Below, piece after piece: positions 1-9,153 of a stretch of DNA of 20,000 nucleotides. Origin of the DNA: Basidiobolus ranarum (lineage: Eukaryota). Under the pieces are notes generated by a model. It saw only the letters and a list, made by a program, of their open reading frames with translations. It was not told the origin of the DNA and made no database searches. The position numbers and the translations under genes were made by a program. The stretch lies in contig JASJQH010006877.1 of NCBI GenBank assembly GCA_040143965.1, forward strand, positions 57,533-77,532, read 5' to 3'. The first letter of the stretch is position 1, and each line of letters starts with the position of its first letter.

Positions 1-1328
1 TTGTAGTACGGCTAAAACCCCTTTTGTGAAGGTGCACAAAGGGGATTCGAAATAAGGGTTTTGGTAACTACAGGATTCATAAAAGAGAAATCGCTTTTAA
101 AATAAGTCAAAGCATTGAAAATAAAGACAATTGAGCAAACCTTGAAACCTAAGGAAGTCATCATATGATTTTCTCCTTGTAAAAAGTCAAGCAAAAAGGC
201 TAGGTTTTAAGGGAAACTATATAAACACGTATTGATAGGCATATTTAAAGAATTAATAGCACATATAGCTGGAGTAGAGTCCAAGTAAAACGACCCGAGT
301 CACAAAATGGCTTAGAAAATCGTGGGGACTGTGGATATCCACATTTCATGGAGCAGAATCTCGAAGGACCTTCACAAATTTCGTTTACTACGAATTTTGA
401 ATTCTATATCCGCTTGTATACAATGTCAAGTGTATGATCTCACCAGCATTATCAAACAAAAATCCAAAAATGGAGCATTAAGCAACCTTCGGCGAAATTC
501 TGGAATGTAAGTAATGTAAAAAGGCACAACACTGAGATTCTATTCCTAATTCAGATCAAAACCCCGACTTGTCTCTTTTTCTTTGTAGCTGTAAACCCTC
601 ATGGGAGCTAGAATCCACCAGTTTTCATTTCGAGGAATTAGTTTTTTCCCACCATTAGTCCATAAGCGCTGCAATAGGCTCAAAATGAACGCTATCCGCA
701 GAATAGGATAGTTTAAGTCCTAAATTGAATTCAAAAAGCTTAAACCCAATTCCATACACATGTCTGGTAATAAGCCACTCAGTCATGATAGCTCTGTCTT
801 CTTCGAGCCAAAGATCAGTTGCGCATGTTGACAATGGTCAGTTATTGAAAGTCAGACTGAGATTGAGAGTGTGAATAGTGGCAGTAACGATTAACCGCAA
901 CGGTAGCTTAACCGTAGCTGTAACCGAAATATAATATAAAGTAAAGCTGTACTCAAAAAATATAAATGTGCCGCCTATCGGAGGAATTCTCAGGTAACAC
1001 ACAATGGGCTCTTGTTAAAGTGAATCATAATATGTCAGTTGGCTCCGGTTAGTTCACTATCAATATCCGATATTTTTCGTGACTTTGATTATCTCATTGA
1101 AATTTTGACACTTATGCATCGAGTGTGCGAATCACGCTCGCTAAACTTATCTAACTTTCAACATTTGGTATATTGTTTCATATTTCTCATCTAAGATTGC
1201 TTATATCACGTGTTTGGAATTGTTTGCCAAAACTCCCCAGTTTATGGACAAAGGCACATCAAACTGGACTATACTAGTATGACGTACTCCGAAATTTGGA
1301 ATCTTTGATATTCCCATTCAACTAAAAA

Positions 1329-1336
1329 TATATAAA
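1329..1336 (+). promoter_or_regulatory. Candidate TATA box upstream of the glutamine synthetase III gene
   Basis: TATATAAA about 80 nt upstream of the ATG at 1414; the AT-rich background weakens it. Confidence 0.3.
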
Positions 1337-1413
1337 TTGAAGCTTAGTTATTTCTCATGGTGTATCTATCCTAAATTCTTGTCCCTTAATTTAATTCAAG
1401 GACAAGTTTCACA

Positions 1414-3729
1414 ATGAGCCAATCTCGAACTGAAGCTATCATCAACAGCGTACACAGACCTTCTCGCAAGGTTGAGTATCCTACAATCAACGGGAAAGGA
1501 ATTTATCCTTCCGAGTTTTACGGTCAAAATGTTCTTACTCTCAAGGCTCTTTCCAAAGCTTTACCTAAACCAATATTCGGTCAATTTCTCAAGCAAGTGA
1601 GAGGTCGTCAACATCTTGATAAAGTTACTGCTGACGCGGTTGCTCATGCTGCTCGCGTTTGGGCTATGGAGCGTGGTGCCACCCATTATTCTCATTGGTT
1701 CCAACCTCAGACTGGCACTACAGCGGAGAAGCACGATTCTTTCTTGACTTTGAAAACTGGCCCTGCTGATGAGGTAAATACATACGTAGTCAATTGTACT
1801 GATTTTCAACGACTAACAGTTCTGTTTTATTAGGTTTATGTTCTTGAAGCTCTGTCTGGTTCTCAACTTCTTCAATCTGAACCAGATGCTTCCAGCTTTC
1901 CTTCTGGTGGTATGAGAACTACCTTTGAAGCTCGTGGATACACTGTATGGGATACCACTAGTCCAATGTTCATTCAGCCTGGTCCTCATAATACTTTCGT
2001 ATTGTACATTCCTTCCGTTTTTATTTCCTACAACGGTGATGCGTTAGATGAGAAGACTGTTCTTCTTCGTTCATGTGAAGCTGTTTCTAAAGCTTCTAGC
2101 AGATTATTAAACATTTTACAACCGGTACCTGCTGGTGTTCCTCCTCTCGTTAAGCGTGTTCATACTACTCTGGGAACAGAACAGGAGTTTTTCCTCATTG
2201 ACCGCTCTCTTTACGCGCTTCGCCCTGATTTGAAAACTTGCGGTCGCACTTTGATTGGAAACCTTCCTCCCAAGCATCAACAAATGGAAGATCATTATTT
2301 CGGTAGGATGCCTACTCGTGTATTAGCTGCTATCAGCGAAGTAGAACTTGAGCTTACCAAACTTGGTATTCCGATTAAAACTCGTCATAATGAAGCTGCA
2401 CCCGCCCAATTCGAAGTTGCTCCTATTTTTGAGGAGGCTGTTGTCGCTGTAGACCATAATCTTGTAACTATGGAAGTTATTCACAAGGTTGCTCACAAGC
2501 ACAATTTAAAGGCTTTGTATCACGAGAAGCCATTCAAAGGTGTTAACGGCTCTGGAAAGCATTGTAATTGGGCTTTGTCCACTGATCGTGGTGAAAACCT
2601 TCTTGATCCTACTGTTAAACCAGAGACAAATTACCGTTTCTTGCTTTTCTTGCTTGCTATTCTTCATGGTGTTCACAAGCATGGTGGACTTCTTCGTGCA
2701 TCCATCGCAAGTGCAGCTAATGATCACCGTCTTGGTGCTGCTGAGGCTCCACCTGGTATCATCTCTGTTTTCCTTGGTGAACATCTCAACGAAGTACTCA
2801 ACTCTATTGAAGAATCTCGTCCTCTTAAGACATTTTCGCAACCCCATATCCAATCTATTAAGGTTGGTGGAACTGTCCTCGATGTGAAGGTTGCTTCTCT
2901 TCCCAATATCTCCCGTGATCTCACCGATCGTAATCGTACTTCTCCCTTCGCCTTCACTGGTAATAAATTTGAGTTCCGTGCAGTTGGATCCAAACAGTCT
3001 CCTGCCTTCCCTGTTACGGTTCTTAACGCCGCTATCGCTTCCGCTTTAGAGGATGTTACAAATGCTCTTTTACAACAAAAGGGAGATAAAGATTTCGTTA
3101 CTGATGCCGATAAGGTTGCTGTTATCAAACAATTCATTACATCTACCAAGCCCATTCGTTTTGAGGGTGACAACTATTCTGAAGCATGGGCTCAAGAGGC
3201 TGAGAAACGTGGTCTCCCTAATATCCGTGGCTCTGTGGAAGCTTTCAGTCAATTACGCCTGGATTCCCACAGAGACATGTTGATCAAGACTACCGGTATT
3301 TTCACCGAATCCGAATTAAATTCCAGATATCATATTCTCAACGAAAGATACTCAAAGGATGTCATCGTCGAGGCCAATACATTACGTACTATGGTTCAAC
3401 AGCAAGTATTCCCTGCTGCTTACGAATACAGAAGAGAACTAGCTACTTCTGCCGCAGCTTTAGCGGCTATTAATGTTTCTAACGCACCCGAAGTTACATT
3501 GCTGAATCGTTTGAGTCCTATTTTGACGGATCTTCAATCTAGTAATGAAAACCTCCTTAACGAAATTGAGAAGGTGATGGAATTGGAGCATGAGGAACAA
3601 GCTCAGGCTACATACAATATTATTGTTCCACTCGTAGAACGAGTTCGTGAACTAGCTGATCAGTTGGAAGATATTGTTGCTGACAAGTACTGGCCTTTAC
3701 CCAAGAACACCGAGTTGTTATTCTTCTAA
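1414..3729 (+). CDS. Glutamine synthetase type III (GSIII, GlnN-like), 751 aa; exons 1414-1773, 1834-3729
   Basis: Intron 1774-1833 (GTAAAT...GACTAAC...TAG) joins the two ORFs in frame and restores LLQSEPDASSFPSGGMRTTFEARGYTVWD. GSIII signatures: GATHYSHWFQP..GTTAEKHDSF, GTEQEFFL, RHNEAAPAQFE, HEKPFKGVNGSGKHCNW, HRLGAAEAPP, DRNRTSPFAFTGNKFEFRAVGS, C-terminal WPLP. Length is typical of GSIII. Confidence 0.95.
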
Positions 3730-4003
3730 ATGTAATAACTTAATTTGTATTTTTGTTTCTATTCCCCCCTCCACTTAAACTCGACAATATTTGTTCATTC
3801 CTATACCTTTATCGTAAACAACTCTTTTCTATTCAAGAAGGATTCTTGATCACTGATAAATTAATAGAATTCATGAAGATTGATATATCGTATTTCAAAA
3901 TAAAATGGGTCAGTAACCCGTGAACAGAATTTGGTAAAAATCAAATGTGATAATCTCTATTATGTTGACGAGTTTTTCTATTTTTGTACCATAACGTGTA
4001 AAC

Positions 4004-5135
4004 ATGAAATACGAAACTGATACTCACAGTAATAGAGGAAAAATGAATGAAGTTACACCTCTTGACTGGATAGTTGAACATTATTGTACCAGAAATTCCA
4101 ACGATCTACCTTCGTTTAAGTTAGTTAAAGGTGACTATTTCATTATTATTATTGACTTGGTTTACTGCTCAAACTTTTATATCCAGGGCTTGTTGAGTAC
4201 TGTGAAGAAAGTAAGCATGTAGAGAATCCATCGTTACCTCTATTACTATTTACCATTCGGGATAATCTTTCTGAGAATGAACGCGATTGTAACTGGGAGA
4301 ATATGCTAGAGATAGTAAAGTATATTCAGCAGATTGAAAGATCTCGTCGAAAACTTAGAGAACAACTTTCAACAACTACGAAGAAAACTAAGTCCAATCG
4401 CTTACTTTCGGATTCTACCTGTTTAGAGATTCTATTTGAACAAAGTATATCCTCTTTGAAGCGCATGGTATTTACTTAAATAATTTCTACCATTTTCCTA
4501 TATATTAAACATACGAATTTCACTCTGTAGTTGGTATTGTTGGAGATGAACAAACTACCATTATCCTCTCCAAACTGTATGGCTCTAATAAATCTGCTGT
4601 TTCCTCCTAACTCTCGTCCGTTTAATAGGAATCAAAGAGAGATAGGGAATTTCCCTCTTAAACACATTCCCAACCCACGTACCCAACTACATGCACTTCT
4701 TTACCAGGTAGATATGTTACATTTAAAATCCACTGGAGCCAACAAGAAAAGGAAAGCCAGGTTCGTGTATTAAATTAAGGATATTATGCAACATATCTTT
4801 CTAACAAGAATTTCACAATCTAGTACCTGTTTCACAGATAGCGAAGTCACCACCAAAACGGATTTACCAGAGCCTGCTCGCACATTGTCCAAAACTGATT
4901 GGACAAAAATTTACCACTCCTTAATTGACTTCTTGAAGCAAGCTGAAAATGAAATCCGTATTCTTGATGAAATTCTTAATCCAGCCACCAAGGGCATGCA
5001 TGACAATGAGATTATGAGCGAATGCACAGTGTTGGAAAAGGTGAGTGCCATTATCTTTTGACACCAATGTATGTGTACTAAATCTACATCCTCCATTGCC
5101 AGATCGTTAGACATTATATGGCAAAGATTGATTGA
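4004..5135 (+). CDS. Hypothetical alpha-helical protein, about 295 aa, possible TRFH-like fold; exons 4004-4130, 4187-4467, 4531-4760, 4824-5040, 5103-5135
   Basis: Four GT-AG introns of 56-63 nt with compatible phases give one continuous 888-nt ORF ending IVRHYMAKID*. AATAAA lies at 5163-5168. Basic KKRK patch (possible NLS). Function not recognised with confidence. Confidence 0.75.
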
Positions 5136-5231
5136 CCTACAACACTATCTCGATGTATTGTAAATAAAGTGCTCAAGAAAGGGTTAGATATAGCGCTAAA
5201 CAATGCTATAGCACAAATTAGTAGTTCTGAG

Positions 5232-5263
5232 GTAATGTGTCACCATAGTAATGTGTCACCATG
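5232..5263. repeat. Two-copy 16-bp tandem repeat GTAATGTGTCACCAT(A/G)
   Basis: gtaatgtgtcaccata / gtaatgtgtcaccatg, 15 of 16 identical, intergenic. Confidence 0.85.
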
Positions 5264-5859
5264 GGCTATTGGCAATTAATATATCTCCATTAAAAGCCAA
5301 CGAAGGTTATTGAAGAGGTACAAGTCGACGCTCATTTCCTAGTACATTTCCCAGTATTCTATGGTAGCTGCAACCCAAATGCCCTACTGAAATTGCCCAC
5401 ATGTACTCGTTAAGCATCATGGATTATATGTATTGTTAGGCGGATAATTAATCTCCATATTATTTGCATGAGATTTATTGTATTGAAATAGATTCCGCAT
5501 TTTAGGAAAGCTATCTCGATTTAGAGTTTAATTCAGCCAAGCACCATATTTATATTATAGTAGTGACCTCCCTTTCCCTGCCAAGAATCGTGTGCTGCTT
5601 TCTCCTTTTCTTCTTGAACTGCAACTTGTTATAGTTTGACCTGTGCTTCTATTCTTAATTTTACTATATTGCTGTACGCTGATACCTCCTCCCAGTCCTT
5701 ATCTCCTCCATTCTAGATCTTTAAGGAGTCTTCAATTGCTGTATATAGAAACACCAACCTTGGTTAATGGTAAAATACACATTCGTTAATATCTGGTCAC
5801 TATAGTTCCCTTTCTGTTATAGACATTTGTATCACTATCCCTGCTTCTCCTAAATAGTC

Positions 5860-7478
5860 ATGGTGTTTAAGAAAAAATCAAAATCCTTGGGCACGCTAGA
5901 AGTTAGACCCTGCAAAGGTCGAGACTTGAGAGTAGTTCAAAAAATCGGAAAACAAGATCCTTTCCTTCAGTTTGAACTAGGAAATGGGCGTCAACGTACC
6001 AAAGCAGATAAGAACGGAGGACAAAAGCCAACCTGGAATGAGCGCCTCACTTTCGAAATAGTGGAAGGTGTACACAAAGTGGTGGTTAAATGTTTCGACC
6101 AAAACCTTAGAGAGCATGCTTTTATTGGCGAGGGAGAGATTGATTTCAGTACTGCAATCACATACTATCAACTCGACAGTAAGTGTTTATCTTTGTATTG
6201 CTCACCAAAACTTTGGGTGTCACTTTTTTATCTTTATTACCAAATACTCAGCAATACTTTTATCAATTAGATTGGTTTCAGTTGAAAGATAAGGGGGAAC
6301 CCGCTGGAGAGGTGTACCTAGAGTTTACATTTTTCCCTGTGGTAAGTTCCAAGCACTAATATACTTGATTAGTGAAAGTTCATTTATAGAGGGAAAAGAG
6401 AATACGAAGAGTTTATCATTACATAGTCATTATTCGACACTACTATAGATTACAGTTACTCTCCAAATACAATACTAATAAAATTCGTATTTTTCTTTGA
6501 AACGCCATCTTCACTTAGGATGGTCAAAAAAACCCACCACCCTTGCCATTTACACCTTCACCAATAGTAAGTAATGGTACACCGATGATCCCACTAAAAA
6601 CTCCCGCAACTGCCTCCCCTACAGTCAACTTAAGTATCCCGAAAGCACAGCCTTCGCCCAAGACGAGAAACTCGCCTAAAATCGTACCTAAAGCGGCCGC
6701 TCCTCCAACCAATAGTCCAAAACACAATGCATCGGAACGTAATGGCACACAAGCTCCCTCAGCGAACACCAATAAAGGAGATCACGATGGAGTTGGTTCA
6801 TATAATGGAGTGGGCCCTGCGGGAAAGCACCTGCCCATACTACCACCATCAAGTAGATCCAACACTCCATCCCAAAATGGTTCACCTCAATCTTCTCGCC
6901 ATGGTTTGGATAACTCCGATCATGCCGAACAAGGGAATTTAAGTTCCCATTTCTCTCAGGTAGTTAAATCACATAATTCTTGTTCAATGTCGTCGTATAT
7001 ACTGATGCATTTTGCATACGAAGGTCCCCTCCTATTACCAACAATACCCCTATCCAATATCTCCGGTAAGTATAAATCAGTATAATGACCAATTGTGATG
7101 CTCACGTATTAATGAACCATTTCTCAGGAGCAAGGCATGTACCTACCGGGACCTTATTATCCTCCACCTGATCCATATGCCTATGGTTATCCCATGATAC
7201 CTGGCACACCTTTCCCACCAGTGTGTCCGGACCCAGCAGCCTATGGAGGATACCCTATGCATGAAGGCTATATGTCCCCATTCCCAGATATGCATTTACA
7301 TGATCCTGGTATGTATCCAGACCGTTACCCTATGCCAGAAGAATTTGCACCACCGATCGGAATGTATTACGATGAATATGGGGTTCCTTTACCAATGCCA
7401 CCTATGAACTTCATGCCCTATCCAGCCATGGTGCCTCCTGGGCGCTATGTCCATCCTGACGAAGAGAAGCAAAAATAG
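5860..7478 (+). CDS. fic1: Fic1/Inn1-like cytokinesis (ingression) protein: N-terminal C2 domain plus Pro-rich tail, about 407 aa; exons 5860-6178, 6271-6341, 6519-6959, 7024-7065, 7128-7478
   Basis: C2 domain LGTLEV...GKQDPF...RTKADKNGGQKPTWNE.L.F...FIGE...WFQLK...AGEVYLEFTFFP matches the fungal Inn1/Fic1 C2 type. It is followed by PxxP-rich and P/Y/M/G-rich low-complexity regions. All four introns are GT-AG with consistent phase. Orthology is less certain than the domain call. Confidence 0.75.
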
Positions 7479-7799
7479 GCACTCTTCAGCTAGACCTACT
7501 CATACATTACTTATTTTACTGAAATTATGATTTACTACTTTAAAAATCATATATTTATTTTGAAAATAACCTCGAATTCATATCAAAATTGCTCGATAAA
7601 TTTCTTTCATATCCTATTTGAATTATTATGATATATACTCAGTTCATCAAGTATTGTTTAGTTTATAATAGTAATAGAAATCAAGGAACCAAAAAAAAGG
7701 GCTCCGAATCAATGAAAAAAAAACTCCGGAATTATTTAAAAAGGGATTATTGTGAGAATCTGATCCTTCTCGTTTGATTTCCATACTTGAACTTTGAAA

Positions 7800-8957
7800 A
7801 TGGTAAGTCCATATCATCCATTGTTTAGTGCATCCATCTTTTTTTCTGATATTGACATGAAATTCTCTATTACAAGGCTCCCTCCAAGAAATCTACCAAG
7901 AAAGTTGCCCCTGCTCCTTATTCTAAGGGCAAGCAAACCACCAAGGTTGCCAAGAACCCATTGTTCGAAAAAGCCCCCAAGAACTTCGGTATTGGTGCCG
8001 ATATTCAGCCTAAGCGTGATTTATCTCGCTATGTCAAGTGGCCTGAGTATGTTCGTCTCCAACGTCAAAGAAAGGTTCTCAAGCTTCGCCTCAAGGTCCC
8101 CCCTACCCTCAACCAATTTACAAAGGTTTTGGACCGCAACACTGGTATGGTTATTCGAATTTATTCGAAGTAGGCAGCCTCGTTGTTTCTTATTGAAGTG
8201 TCCTGAATTGCTGACGTTAAAAGTGTTTACACTTTTTGTCATGCAAACAGATCATCTAATTAGACTCATCGGACTGCCAATGATCCCCTTAGGTGTTAGA
8301 GTCTGATGGTGCTGAGAATACTTGAATGTTTCAGTGAGTGGACATTCGAGTGTTTTTCAGTCATAGGACTTCTAATTACCAATGACCTCCATACCATTTT
8401 TTATGTGTTGTATGTTATTGACACTCTTTTCTCTTGTAGCTACTCAATTGTTCAAATTCTTGAATAAGTATCGTCCTGAAACCAAGCAAGAAAAGAAGAC
8501 TCGTCTCACTGAAACCGCCCAAGCTACCGTCGAAGGTACCAAGGTTGAGACCAAGAAGCCTACTGTTGTCAAGTACGGTATCAACCATATTACCGCTTTG
8601 GTTGAATCCAAGAAGGCTCAACTCGTCGTCATCGCTGATGATGTCGATCCTATCGAGATTGTTCTTTGGTTACCCGCCCTCTGCCGCAAGATGGGTATTC
8701 CTTATTGCATTGTCAAGGGTAAGGCTCGTCTTGGTACTGTTGTTCACAAGAAAACTGCCACTGCTCTTGCCATCACTGATTTGGAAGAGGGTGATAAGGC
8801 TGATCTTGCCAAACTAGTAGACACCGTTAAGGCTGCTTACAACGATAAATACGATGAACATCGTAAACAATGGGGTGGTGGTATCATGGGTTTCAAGTCT
8901 CAAGCTGCCACTCTTAAAAAGCAAAAGGCCCTTAACAAAAGTTCTGGTAAAGCCTAG
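7800..8957 (+). CDS. RPL7A: 60S ribosomal protein eL8 (L7a; yeast Rpl8), 262 aa; exons 7800-7802 (ATG only), 7877-8144, 8440-8957
   Basis: [55 protein letters not shown]7Ae domain [60 protein letters not shown]. Strong codon bias; an ATG-only first exon is typical of ribosomal protein genes. Confidence 0.98.
8143..8396 (+). promoter_or_regulatory. Structured intronic RNA element in eL8 intron 2 (candidate splicing-autoregulatory element with poison exon 8251-8333)
   Basis: Hand-derived helices: 8143-8155/8381-8396 (covers the 5' splice site), 8192-8205/8364-8376, hairpins 8208-8246, 8267-8308 (K-turn-like) and 8312-8360 (about 20 bp, GTGAGT in loop). The intron is 295 nt against 55-92 nt for most others here. 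Confidence 0.6.
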
Positions 8958-8977
8958 ATATTATGTGTGTGCACCAT

Positions 8978-8983
8978 AATAAA
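8978..8983 (+). promoter_or_regulatory. Candidate polyadenylation signal of eL8
   Basis: AATAAA 21 nt after the stop codon. Confidence 0.5.
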
Positions 8984-9153
8984 GCTCTTATTTGAGCAGA
9001 TGTAATTTATATTTGATCCCACCGTTAGTTGTATTTACTACATTTCGTCGATTCATCATTCTCCACGTGATCTATATAATAAATGTTGAATCTCAATCAC
9101 AAGCCACAATAGTTAGTTGATTTATTATGGACCATATATTCACATGTGTGGTT

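Noticed and set aside
12-510. Short ORFs 12-194 (-) and 322-510 (+)
   Set aside because: Non-ATG or weak starts, no codon bias, no motifs, and no consistent splice model found.
786-1152. GATA (AreA/Gln3-type) sites upstream of GSIII at 786, 1057, 1089 and 1146
   Set aside because: Biologically plausible, but about the number expected by chance in DNA this AT-rich.
1561-3283. Several antisense and alternative-frame ORFs within GSIII
   Set aside because: Shadow ORFs expected from biased codon usage; no independent motifs.
4708-4713. Alternative donor CAG|GTAGAT in the orphan gene
   Set aside because: Its phase is incompatible with the acceptor at 4823. The donor at 4761 gives the open frame and a typical 63-nt intron.
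5232-5263. 16-bp tandem repeat as a CRISPR-like repeat or transposon footprint
   Set aside because: Only two abutting copies with no spacer, in a eukaryotic context; simple slippage duplication is sufficient.
7794-8306. 170-aa ORF overlapping eL8
   Set aside because: Alternative-frame read-through of introns and exon 2. Only its last codons matter, as the frame of the proposed poison exon.
8145-8439. Intronic snoRNA (vertebrate RPL7A introns host box C/D snoRNAs)
   Set aside because: There are four CUGA boxes but no RUGAUGA box C and no recognisable rRNA guide. An H-box-like AGAUCA (8249-8254) has no correctly placed ACA box or pocket-bearing hairpins. Not fully excluded without snoscan or cmscan.
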